Both the position numbers and the translations under genes were made by a program. A DNA stretch of 64,000 bases from Leucoraja ocellata (Eukaryota), in the NCBI GenBank assembly GCA_036785375.1, contig JAWMAR010000197.1:1240001-1304000 (forward strand), written 5' to 3'. Shown here piece by piece: positions 23,885 through 35,506 of this stretch. Position 1 is the first letter of the stretch. Each line of letters starts with the position of its first letter. The notes under the pieces were generated by a model. That model was not told the DNA's origin. It did no database searches and was given only the letters and a program-made list of their open reading frames with translations.

Positions 23885-24270
23885 TGCAGTAGGAAGTATC
23901 ATCACTTTTCTCTCTTGGACCATCTGGGAGAAGATACAAGCACTTGAAAGCCAGGATGTCCAGATGTAGGAACAGCTTCTTTCCCACTGTTACCCAACTC
24001 CTAAACCAATTGCCTCTTTCATAACCTCTTTAGTGGAGGTATTAGCAAATAGTTTTTAATTCAACTTTGGTTGAGTTGAATTTGGTTATTCCATTTGTGT
24101 GTCTTAAATGTTGTTCACTACTCAGATTGCACAACAATGTTGCACCATTCTGCTGATTTGCATGTACTTACTGTTGTATTTATTATTGCTGAATATATAG
24201 TCTTTATTCTTGGAGCTTCATGAGAAAAAGGAATTTAATTCTACCATAGTGCATATGACAGTAAACATCT
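23885..24270 (+). mobile_element. Degenerate Rex1/Babar 3' fragment
   Basis: ccatctgggagaagatacaag...aggaacagcttctttccc encodes PSGRRYK...RNSFFP. Confidence 0.6.
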
Positions 24271-24489
24271 GAATTAGAATTGATTCCTGTCATTTTCTGT
24301 ATATATATTGTTATTTCCTAACCTATTAAAAGGCATGCCTTTGGACTTTGCCCCAGGAGTCAGATTCCGCAACTAAGACCAATAGTTATTCTCTATCTAT
24401 TCTGTCTTCTTTACCATGCTGAATATTTTGATCAAGCAACTCCTTAACGTTCTGAATTCCAGTAAGTTCAACGCTTGTTTGTGACATGT

Positions 24490-25920
24490 AAGTCAAAGTC
24501 AAAGTCAAAGTAACTTTATTGTCAATTCAATTATGCAACAGTAGTTACACATAGGATCGAAATTACGTTTCCCCATACTCCAAATGTGCAAGTAATATTA
24601 AAAACACAGACAGACAACATATCAATAAAAATAGACAATAGACATACATTATTTAAAATATTAAAATATTCACAGTATGCCAAAATGTAGCAAAATCTTT
24701 GAGGTATTTTAAACAGGGTGCAACAATGAAAGGTGCAATATAGAAAAAGTGCAAATTCCGTACTGGAGACATTGAGCCAAAGTTATTTTCACAGTTTGTT
24801 GTCTTTGTTTGGGTACTCTTCATGGAATTTACTTAAGTGTGTTGAGTAGTCTGATGGCCTGATGGCCTGAGAGAAAAAGCTGTTTTTGAATCTGGTGGTT
24901 TTGCTCCGCATGCTGCGGTAGCGCTTACCGGAAGGTAGGAGGGTGAACAGTTTGTGTGCTGGGTGAGTGGTGTCTTTGATAATATTGCTTGCTCTCTTGC
25001 GACAGCGAGAAGGGTATAGGTCCTGGATTGCTGGTTGGGGTGATCTGGTGATCTTCTCCGCTGTCCTCACCACTCTCTGTAGGGCCTTCTGGTCAGCAGC
25101 AGAGCAACTGCCATACCAGACTGAGAGACTGCTGGTAAGAATGCTCTCAATGGCACCCCTGTAAAAGGTCGTGAGGGCAGAGGGGGGAGGTCAGCTCTCC
25201 TCATCCGTCGAATGAAGTGGAGGCGTTGCTGTGCCTTCTTAACTAGGGAGATGGTGTTGGTGGACCATGTCTGATCATCTGTGATGTGCACTCCCAGGAA
25301 CTTGGTGCTTTTCACAGACTCCACTGCACTGCCATTGATGGTAAGTGGGGTGTGTGTTGTCTGTTTCTTCCTGAAGTCCACAGTTATTTCTTTTGTTTTG
25401 TTGACATTGAGTTGAAGGTTGTTGATATCACACCAGTTGATGAGTTGTTGAACCTCCTTTCTGTAGGCTGAATCGTCATCGTGGCTGATGAGGCCCACCA
25501 CTGTAGTGTCATCTGCGAACTTGATGATGTGGTTCGAATTGTGCTTGGCACTACAGTCATGAATCATCAGCGTGAACAACAGAGGGCTCAGCACACATCC
25601 CTGTGGGACCCCGGTGTTCATGATGGTGGTCTCTGATGAGTTCTTGCCAACTCTTACTGTCCAGTAACCAGTTGCATAGTGGGGTGCTGATGCCTATTTC
25701 GCCGAGTTTATTCACCAGATGTTGGGGGGTGACTGTATTGAAGGCGGAGCTGAAGTCGATAAACAGCATCCGCACGTAACTGTTTTTGGTTTCCAGATGA
25801 GCCAGGCTTAGGTGGAGTACTGTTGCTATGGCATCATCAGTGGAACGGTTGGGACGGTAAGCAAACTGGTATGGGTCAAGTGTAGAGGGGAGACTGGATG
25901 TTATATGGGCCTTAACCAAC
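24490..25920 (-). mobile_element. Rex1/Babar LINE, 5'-truncated, frameshifted RT
   Basis: ORFs 25557..25919, 25067..25621 and 24789..25073 with [41 protein letters not shown]; (ctttga)n tail. Confidence 0.95.
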
Positions 25921-27349
25921 CTTTCAAAGCACTTTCAAAACCCGTCAAGCTGTGTATAATTTTGTATGTCTTAATGACATATCCTGTCATTCTGCTAAAT
26001 TCCCACAGTCTCAGTCCACTGAATATCTTCTCATAGAGAAAGTGCATCCTTGTAAGAGACAATCTAGTGAATCTTTGCTACAATTCCTTTTGCAGCAATT
26101 AAATCCTTTCCTGGGTTTTATAGTAGGGTCTTTCAAATGGCATTAATATCCTAACTGACATAAAATACTTACCCCAGGTGACGATGTAAAATACTTACAC
26201 CTGTCGTAATAATGGCTGCACCAATTAATCATGCAAAGATGTTGTCTAAAATTTGTCCATTTTGCTGCTGATTATTTTTTACCTTGCCAACCTGCAAAGT
26301 GCATTATAGAATGGATGGTGTCACAGCAAATAGTAATAAAAATAGGATGCTGAGTGCTACAGAAATAATACATTTACACATAATAAATCTTTGGAATGTT
26401 ATACAGAGTGGTTTAATTTTTTATGCGATGTATTGATGATGGAAAAGCAATGGCACTCAAAATGAGCTGAAAGAATACATTACTATAAGATATGTGGGTC
26501 ATGCAAATGGATTTAATTTCAGCTCAAAATATTAACGCTGCTAATTTGTCATTATAATTTATTATTAAGTGAAAAATAAGTTAGCTGTGAGATGCATTGG
26601 ATAAAATTGCATGAAGAGAACAGCTCCATGTCAGTGTTTCAGCTCTACAAGAACCTTCCCTGCCTATTTTTCATTTGCCCTATCAATGGATTATTTTATT
26701 CCTAACTATTTATTAGGCTTTTCTTTGGAAAGTATTCCAGTTTGTCAAAGTAAGGATTTGTTTAAGCTTCTAGATGAAGTTCACGATGAATTTGGTCCAA
26801 TATAAAACAATTTTTTTTTAAATTACTATTAATAGTACAACTAATAATTTCTGAAATCATCAATGCTGATAATGGGCATTTGGCAGGATTTTTCATGATC
26901 TAGCTATGGCATCTGTTTGCTTTGCTAGCAATGAAATCCACTGGAAAACAATACTGCTGACCGGCTGCAATCAACCATATGGTATGTTGCTTCTTGATGT
27001 GGCATTTATAACTAAAGGCTCTGAATTCCTTGGATGGGGAGCACAATTCAGTATTTTCATCATGTGAGGGAAAGAATTTGGCGTGGGATCAGTTTGCTGG
27101 ATTGTGGCCCAAACATAATTCAGTATGAATTTGAGTGAGTGCTAGCATCTCAGAATGCCAGCCACATGGAGTAAGCATGTGATTGTAAAGGAAGACAATG
27201 GTTGTTCAGCCCTTATTGTATAACCATTATAAAACACTGTACATTTCCAAATTATTGTATCTAGGTGCATGATAAATTATTTTTTTCACATCCGGTATTT
27301 TTCATGGTTCAATCTAAGTGTTGAACACGCTATATGATTCATCACCAGA

Positions 27350-27860
27350 CATCTGAAAGTCTGAAGTAAGGGTCCCAACCCGCAACGTCACCCATCCCTT
27401 TCTCCAGAGAAGCTGCCTGGCCCAATGAGTTAGGGCCTGTCCCACGAGCGTGCGACTTGAATGCGGCAAGCACAACCAAACCGGAAGCGGGGGGCGGCGA
27501 GGAGGTTGAGTGATCCCCGTACAGGGCCTGTCCCACCAGCATGCGCCTGCATGTGGCGAGCGCGACCAAACCGGAAGCAGGGGCCACGCGGAGGTCGAGT
27601 GAGTGATGTGAAGTTCGAGCCAATCTGCGCGTGATGTACAGGCCGTTGCCGCGCGGAATTTTTGAACACGGTCAGTTTTTCAGAGCCCCGCGCGATGTCG
27701 GGACCAGCTCAGCACAACTCCATACGGCTCCGGCGATCGAAGTGGGACCGGCCCCGCGAGGCCGTATGGCTCAAGCGACCACGTTAGGTCGTGCTTGCCG
27801 CATGGAGTTGCATGCTCGTGGGACAGGCCCATTACTTCAGCACTTTGTGTCTATCTTTGT
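27350..27860 (+). mobile_element. Penelope-derived mini-element split by a MITE
   Basis: gtctgaagtaagggtcccaacccgcaacgtcacc...gagtta|cttcagcactttgtgtctatct. Confidence 0.75.
27433..27831. mobile_element. Harbinger-like MITE with duplicated left end, TTA TSD
   Basis: gggcctgtcccac at 27433 and again at about 27523; right end gtgggacaggccca; tta on both flanks. Confidence 0.85.
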
Positions 27861-27914
27861 GAATGCCCACATGGCATGTAACAAGGCAAATTGCCTCAGC
27901 ACCAGCTGTTTTAG

Positions 27915-28155
27915 CTTTAGTTTGTAGTTTTAGTGATACAGCGGGCAAACAGGCCCTATGGCCCTGCAAATCCATGCCAACCATTGATCAACCATACACT
28001 AGTTCTGTCCTACACACAAGGGGTAAACTAGGGCACCCACACGGTCACCGGGAGAATGTACAAATTCCGTACGGACGCCACTCATAGTCAGGATCAAACC
28101 CAGGTCCCTGGTACTGTAAGGCAGCAACTCTACCGCTGTGCCACTGTGCTGCCCC
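27915..28155 (-). mobile_element. V-SINE, internally deleted
   Basis: Head and tail present, V-domain shortened. Confidence 0.8.
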
Positions 28156-28929
28156 TAATGCTTTAGCCACCCAGCAAAACGCTCCTTTAAAAAGAAAGAC
28201 AATCAAAGAGTTTCAGTTCAGGGGGTAATGTGTCTATCAATCTGCTTGTAAGGATATTAGGATCTCATAAATGCCATTTGGGTTCCTATCTTTACTACTT
28301 GGAGAAAAGCAATAAAATTATCCAGTGTTCTGCAATTGTGCTTGAATAAAATTGGCTGGAGAATGCTGATTGAATTTAGTCACAGTTAAATCAACTAGAG
28401 CATGCTAAATTAATAGCAAAGTCAGCTGTACTGAGAGCTTGGAATTACTCAATTTCATAATGTAATTTTATCTTAGTATTCCTAATAGGAACCTTACAAT
28501 TTCACACTGCCATGTTGATTTACAACTCATATGTAGATGAATGGATTTGAACTCCTATACTTTTTAAAAAATCTATGCAGATACAGTATGCAAGGCCACA
28601 GTTTTATAAGATGATGTCTCTGGTTTTCTCTGGAGCATAGCAACATGCTGATAGCACTTCATTTAAAATCTGTTAATCAATTTGCTTTTTTGAATAAAAA
28701 TGTAATCTGGTGGACTATATTTTCTCACCTCTCAAACTCTGTCATCTAGACATTGTTAACTTTCAAAAACCACAAACCACACCAGTTATAGATAAAGATG
28801 GTGTAAGTGATGCATTTTGAAGCACAAAAATCTATAAATAGAATTACTTAGAACCCCTTTCAGATTGTGAAGCATGGTTTCTACCGGCTACATACTTCTG
28901 TTTCCACCTCTTCTTAATATATATTTTTT

Positions 28930-29188
28930 TAGTTTATAGTTTAGAGTACCTGCCAACCACCGATCACCCATACATTAGTTTGATCCATCACTCCAGGGAC
29001 AATATACAGAAGCCAATTAACCTACAAACCCGCACGGGTTTAGAATGTGGGAGTAAACTGGAGCACCCGGGGAAAACCCAGCGGTCACAGGCGAAATGTG
29101 CAAACTTCGCACAGTCAGCACCCGTAGTCAGGATTGAACCCAGGTCACTGACGCTGTAAGGCAGCAACTCTACCACTGCGCCACCCGT
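28930..29188 (-). mobile_element. V-SINE
   Basis: Head plus V-domain in reverse orientation. Confidence 0.85.
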
Positions 29189-29300
29189 ATTGTTCATGGC
29201 TATGTTACATTTAACTTATTGTTTAGTAAAATTACAAATATGAGTGCAATTTATTATATTAACTTAGTTTTAACTCTGCAAAACGTGTTATTTGCTATAA

Positions 29301-29448
29301 CATCAGTCATAGATCAGTCTGAAGAAGGGTTTCGGCCCGAAACGCTGCCTATTTCCTTCACTCCATAGATGCTGCTGCACCCGCTGAGTTTCTCCAGCAT
29401 TTTTGTGTACCTTCGATTTTCTATCATCTGCAGTTCCTTCTTAAACAA
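29301..29448 (+). mobile_element. Penelope-derived mini-element (148 bp) with 13-bp TSD
   Basis: ttatttgctataa at 29288-29300 and 29449-29461; core CTGAAGA-a-gggt-ttcg-gccc-GAAA-cgct at 29319-29346. Confidence 0.9.
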
Positions 29449-30128
29449 TTATTTGCTATAATGTGGTTGTATTCTATAAACTGACAAATAAAGAAAACTA
29501 ATTCCACATAATTAAATTGTAATATCCACCAACAATGTTACACTTGACGGAATAAAAAGGTACAAACAAACTGCCAATATTTCTGTGCTGTCAGCAAATA
29601 CTGTCAGCCCATTCAGAATTAATACCAGAGCACTTTTGCATTATCACCTTGAACAGTACAAGAATAAGGTTTTCTTTTTTGTCCACTATACAGTTTTATA
29701 AATAGAAATATTCTACCAATGTTTTATTCGCACATTCCCCAATATTTACTATTACTATTTGCAGAATATTAATTTTCATTTTGTCACTCCACTCTCCACG
29801 TAATTGGAAAGGATCTGTTTTGTGGCTTAGGATTTAATTAACTTTATCTCACTGTATTTATATCAAAATATATCATTTATTGTGATTGCTGCTGTGAAGA
29901 GCCTTCCGCATGCAAAGGTTTAAGATCGGATTGGGAAATAATAAATCACAGAATATTCCGTTTCATAAATATTAATTTTACTGGTGCTTCCAGTTCTGTA
30001 GCTTGCCTGATCTCTTGCTGCAGCAAGTTGATATTGCAGGTCAGGGGAGCAGATGGGAAGAACTAACAAAGATTTTTGTGGATTGCTGCTGGGAATGGAC
30101 TGCTAGCTTGTATTTGACAGGGAGGCAC

Positions 30129-30413
30129 TGGGGCGGCATGGTGGCGCAGCTGCCTTACAGCTCCAGAGACCCGGGTTTGATCCTGACCATGGCTGCTGTC
30201 TGTATGGAGTTTGTACGTTCTCCCCGTGACCTGCGTAGGTTTCCTCCGGGTGCTCCAGTTTCCTCCCACATTCCAAGGATGTACAGGTTTGTATGTTAAT
30301 TGGTTTTGGTAAAACAAATGATTTACTAGTGTGTGTAGAATAGTGTTAGTGTGCTGTGGACTTGGTGGGCCGAAGGACCTGTGTCTGCGCTGGATCTCTA
30401 AACTAAACTAAAC
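30129..30413 (+). mobile_element. V-SINE (HE1-like), near full length
   Basis: gggcggcatggtggcgcagc head, B box, V-domain, tctctaaactaaactaaact tail. Confidence 0.9.
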
Positions 30414-30964
30414 TTGTGAATTGGCAATGTGTTTGTGAGTCCTAATTAGGGTTGGAAGAATTCACAAGGATCCGGGTGTGGATAGATAGCAATGTTTGCC
30501 AGGAGAAACAATGAGAACCAGCAGGATGTTGTGAGAACTCTGTCTAGGAGTGATGGGAGCTGTGGTGAGGTGGGGACAGAAATGCACACATATGAGCAGT
30601 TGAGATCAGAATGAGCAAGCACTATTGTAGAGATTTTTAGCAAGAAATCAGATAATGTTTTCTTTCACGTGTAAAATTCCGGTGGGTTGAATTGACATTT
30701 CAAAGGTTAGGGTTAAAAAATTGGAAAACTATGGATTTACTGGGGATAGTCAGTATTGCTTTGTGTAGGGGAAGTTCTGTCTCATACATTTGTTTGAGCA
30801 TTGTGAGAAAGTGATGAGGATGCTTGATAATGGGAAGGCAGTTTATATTGTCTACATGGAGTTAGGTACCAACATGGAAACAAGCTGGAGAATCTGCATC
30901 ATTTGCTTCTGTTGTTATGCCTTCACCAATGAGAAAGACACAAATGACAGTGAGATAAGGGGCA

Positions 30965-31485
30965 ATGTTTAAGAAAGAACTGCAGATGCTGGCAAAATCA
31001 AAGGTAGACAAAAATGCTGGAGAAACTCAGTGGGTGAGGCAGCATCTATGGAGAGAAGGAATAGGCAACGTTTCGGGTCGAGACACTTCTTCAGACAGAT
31101 GTCGGGGGGCGGGAAAAAGAAAGGAAGAGGCGGAGACATCTTCGATGTAACTTCTCCACATCGGCGAAACCAAGCGTAGGCTTGGCAATCGCTTCGCCCA
31201 ACACCTCCGCTCTGTTTGCACTAACCAACCAACCAGTGGCTCAGCACTTCAACTCCCCCTCCCATTCCGAATGATCTTTCTGTCCTGGGCCTCCTCCATG
31301 GCCAAAGTGAGGCCCAGCGCAAATTGGAGGAACAGCACCTCATATTTCGTTTGAATAGTTTACACCCCAGCGGTATGAACATTGACTTCTCCAATTTTAG
31401 ATAGACCTTGCTTTCTCCCTCCTTCTCCTCCCCCGTCCCAGCTCTCCCACAAACCAATTGTCTCCGCATCTTCCTTTCTTTTTCG
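30965..31485 (+). mobile_element. Penelope-like element fragment: inverted pseudo-LTR joined to GIY-YIG endonuclease coding region
   Basis: From about 31154 the sequence encodes LHIGETKRRLGNRFAQHLRSV...HFNS...QRKLEEQHLIFRL; 30965-31139 is the inverted terminal repeat, its end complementary to 31460-31483. Confidence 0.85.
31065..31096 (-). ncRNA. Putative minimal hammerhead ribozyme motif in a Penelope pseudo-LTR
   Basis: Minus strand gt-CTGAAGA-a-gtgtctcgaccc-GAAA-cg-TT-gc. Confidence 0.6.
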
Positions 31486-31544
31486 GATAGTTAAATGAAC
31501 AAGCAGTAAATAAAGGTTATGGGCCATCTGCATGTTTGTAGTCA

Positions 31545-31760
31545 CAGAGTTGTACAGCAGAGAAATTAGTCTTTTGACCCATCACATTCATTTGATCCAT
31601 CTGCATTAATCTCATTTGCCTGCTTTAGCTCCACATTCTTCTAGGATTTCCCTGTTCAACTGTATTTTTTAATTCTCTTAAGTGTTATGAATGTCCCTGA
31701 TACCACCACCTCCTCCAGCAGTGAGTTCCAGAAGTCAACCATACGCTGTTTAAAAAAAAT
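31545..31760 (-). mobile_element. Degenerate CR1 3' tail
   Basis: gtcacagagttgtacagcagagaaa...ccaccacctcctccagcagtgagttccag. Confidence 0.6.
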
Positions 31761-32159
31761 GTTGTACCGCTACCAAGAGAAAAGGGATTCCGAATATCTA
31801 CCCTCGTTAAAGCCAGATGTCCATCCATTCAAGCTTTCCAAGTCCTTTTCCATGCCCCAAGCTTTGGAAATCACAACCTCCATTCACCAGTCAGAAGCCA
31901 TCTTCTTCTTGAAGAACCTTGTTAAATCTAGGTTAGCCTTTGCATTATCCCTCCTAATATCACATAACTGGTTCAGTCCTCCTTCATTTCATTACAAAAA
32001 GTTTTGGAAACCTTTTCCAACCGGAAGTTGCGAGTACAAATACAAATTGTTAAACTTTTTTCTTATAAAACAAGGATTAGATTATAAATAGGATGAAGTG
32101 CTGGTGGCCCACTTGGCAAAGTAGTCACCAGTGGCTTCATGAGGCTCTAAAATTACTTT

Positions 32160-32333
32160 GATAGACACAATCTCTGGAGAAAAGGAATAGGTGATGTTTC
32201 AAGTCGGAAACATCCTTCTGAGTTACTCAAGCATATCGTGTCACCTATTCCTTTTCTTCAGACCCTTTGAGATACTTTAGCATTTTGCATCGATCTTCAG
32301 TATAAACAGCATCTGCAGTTCCTTCCTACACAT
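32160..32333. mobile_element. Rearranged Penelope-derived mini-element
   Basis: Pieces of both arms: gatagacac...ggaataggtgatgtttc / tcacctattcc...gcatctgcagttccttcctacac. Confidence 0.65.
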
Positions 32334-32521
32334 ATCTTGTAGGCAGTTGATTGTCAGGAAATGCTCTGTCTTCATGATGTGATATTCCTTGGTTTGCTCC
32401 AATGTGCACACTTGCCAAAGGCACCATTCAAAGAAGAGCAAAGAAGAAAGATGTAGATAGACACAAAATGCTGGAGTAACTCAGCGGGACAGGCAGCATC
32501 TCTGGAGAGAAGGAATGGGTG

Positions 32522-34379
32522 TAAAAGGAATGTAAAAAGAATCTCAAGAAAGAAATTAGAAAAGCTAAAAGAAAATATGAGGTTGCTTTGGCAAGTAAGG
32601 TGAAAGTAAATTCAAAGGGTTTCTACAGCTATATTAATAGCAAAAGGATAACGAGGGATAAAATTGGTCCATTAGAGAGTCAGAGTGGACAGCTATCTGC
32701 AGAGCCAAAAGAGATGGGGGAGATATTGAACAATTTATTTTCTTCGGTATTCACCAAGGAGAAGGATATTGCATTATGTGAGGTAAGGGAAACAAGTAGA
32801 GTAGCTATGGAAACTATGAGATTCAAAGAAGAGGAAGTACTGACACTTTTGAGAAATATAAAAGTGGATAAGTCTCCAGGTCCGGACAGGATATTCCCTA
32901 AGACATTGAGGGAAGTTAGTGTAGAAATAGCAGGGGCTATGACAGAAATATTTCAAATGTCATTAGAAATGGGAATAGTGCCGGAGGATTGGTGTACTGC
33001 GCATGTTGTTCCATTGTTTAAAAAGGGGTCCAAGAGTAAACCTAGCAATTATAGACCTGTTAGTTTGACGTCAGTGGTGGGCAAATTAATGGAAAGGATA
33101 CTTAGAGATAATATATATAAGCATCTGGATAAACAGGGTCTGATTAGGAACAGTCAACATGGATTTGTGCCTGGAAGGTCATGTTTGACTAATCTTCTTG
33201 AATTTTTTGAAGAGGTTACTCGGGAAATTGATGAGGGTAAAGCAGTGGATGTTGTATATATGGACTTCAGTAAGGCCTTTGACAAGGTTCCTCATGGAAG
33301 GTTGGTTAAGAATGGGAGATGCCAGAGAGTAATGGTGGATGGTTGTTTGTCAGGTTGGAGGCCAGTGACTAGTGGGGTGCCACAGGGATCTGTGTTGGGT
33401 CCACTGTTGTTTGTCATGTACATCAATGATCTGGATGATGGTGTGGTAAATTGGATTAGTAAGTATGCAGATGATACTAAGATAGGAGGGGTTGTGGATA
33501 ATGAAGTCGATTTTCAAAGTCTACAGAGAGATTTATGCCAGTTGGAAGAGTGGACTGAAAGATGGCAGATGGAGTTTAATGCTGATAAGTGTGAGGTGCT
33601 ACATCTTGGCAGGACAAATCAAAATAGGACGTACATGGTAAATGGTAGGGAATTGAAGAATGCAGGTGAACTGTGCACAGTTCCCTGAAAGTGGAATCTC
33701 ATGTAGATAGGGTGGTAAAGAAAGCTTTTGGTGTGCTGGCCTTTATAAATCAGAGCATTGAGTATAGAAGTTGGGATGTAATGTTAAAATTGTACAAGGC
33801 ATTGGTGAGGCCAATTCTGGAGTATGGGGTACAAGTTTGGTCGCCTAATTATAGGAAGGATGTCAACAAAATAGAGAGAGTACAGAGGAGATTTACTAGA
33901 ATGTTGCCTGGGTTTCAGCAACTAAGTTACAGAGAAAGGTTGAACAAGTTAGGGCTTTATTCTTTGGAGCGCAGAAGGTTAAGGGGGGACTTGATAGAGG
34001 TCTTTAAAATGATGAGAGGGATAGACAGAGTTGACGTGGATAAGCTTTTCCCACTGAGAGGAGGGAAGATGCAAACAAGGGGACATGACTTGAGAATTAA
34101 GGGACAGAAGTTTAGGGGTAACATGAGGGGGAACCTCTTTACTCAGAGAGTGGTAGCTGTGTGGAATGAGCTTCCAGTGAAGGTGGTGGAGGCAGGTTTG
34201 TTTTTATCATTTAAAAATAAATTGGATAGTTATATGGACGAGAAAGGAATGGAGGGTTATGGCCTGAGCGCAGGTATATGGGACTAGGGGAGAATACGTG
34301 TTCGGCACGGACTAGAAGGGTCGAGATGGCCTGTTTCCGTGCTGTAATTGTTATATGGTTATATGGTTTATATGGTTAT
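32522..34379 (+). mobile_element. CR1 LINE, 5'-truncated, ORF2 reverse transcriptase with internal deletions and a frameshift
   Basis: ORFs 32588..33688 and 33673..34287: KSPGPD, NYRPVSL, QHGF, DFSKAFD, GVPQGSVLGP, YADD; (atatggtt)n tail; atgggtg duplicated at 32515 and 34380. Confidence 0.97.
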
Positions 34380-34502
34380 ATGGGTGACATTTCGGGTCAA
34401 GACCTTCTTCAGATGGGTCTTGCAGCGTCTGATCAAAGTAGTCCATATTGTCCATGTAGACAATATAAAGTGCCTTCCCCTTGTCAGTCTGTTCAGACAG
34501 AC

Positions 34503-34537
34503 GGGTCTGAAGAAGGTCTCAACCCGAAACGTCACCC
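34503..34537 (+). ncRNA. Putative minimal hammerhead ribozyme motif
   Basis: gggt-CTGAAGA-aggtctcaaccc-GAAA-cg-TC-accc: 4-bp stem I (gggt/accc), intact core, GUC cleavage triplet. Confidence 0.65.
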
Positions 34538-35506
34538 ATTCCTTCTCTCCGAGATGCTGCCTGTCCCGCTGAGTTACTCCAGCATTTTGTATCTATCTTC
34601 AGTTTAAACAAGCATCTGCAGTTCCTTCCTACAAAGAAAGATGTGATAGCATATAGACAAAATTGACATTGTGACTAGGTCATGTTTTAGTACATTGTCT
34701 GGGCATGCTGCCAATTTGCTGTCTCATTGGTCTTTCAGTCCACTTGCAAACACAATGTCAGTAAAAGCTTTTTGCTGTGAATTGACTGCATGCAGATTTA
34801 CTCTGAACTGTGACAGTAAATGCCTTGTTAAAAATTAGTGAGCTTTCTATATTTGTATTTTATCATGATTTGCCTCGACTTCCAAGAAGATTTTTTTTAG
34901 TTTTGTCAAGAATGTTAAAAGGCAGCAGTTTCTGAAAAATTTTGAGTGGTTCCTAAATTTTGTGAAATATTAAATCTTTGTTTGCAAGTTTATTTCAGGA
35001 ATATTCTTCAATTTCAGAATAACCCTGCTGCAAAGAATTCATGTGACAAAGAATTGAACTGGTTTCCTTAAGCCTAGTCTTTTGCTTACTGTTACAGTTT
35101 TTTTTTACATTTCATTTTGAGTGAAGTGGATTTAAAATGCAGTGCAGGAGTCGGTGTGTCTCTAAAGATGAATAATGAAACATTAGGCAAGGCTTTGCTG
35201 ATGCAGTTTTCTTGTGCTGTGCTAAAAGCATCTGTCATTTGAGCTGTTAGAATATAAGAACAGTTCCAACAAGAGCACTAGAACAGTCATCACTAGGGCA
35301 AATAAAAGCATTTCTATTGAAAACTGCTCCTTGCAATGATGTTTGATCTTTTCAGCAGTTATTTTCGAGTTAAAATTAATTAGCCCGTCAAAAAACACCA
35401 ACACATTTTAACAATGCCTATTGCAGACTTTAGGATTTTAATTTATTTATATTTGATGCATTTGTTTGTTTTTTCCGAAATGGCTAAAGCTCAGATTTAT
35501 AACAAA

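Larger units (their letters stand above)
32455..34633. mobile_element. Fold-back Penelope-derived element (11-bp TSD) interrupted by a 1.86-kb CR1
   Basis: aagaaagatgt at 32444-32454 and 34634-34644; left arm 32455-32521 plus 34380-34412; right arm 34503-34633. Confidence 0.85.

Noticed and set aside
31687-32091. 134-aa ORF as a host exon
   Set aside because: Starts in antisense CR1 sequence; no recognisable homology or splice support
32588-34287. Functional reverse transcriptase gene
   Set aside because: 5'-truncated CR1 with no endonuclease, deletions near 33310 and 33670, and a frameshift
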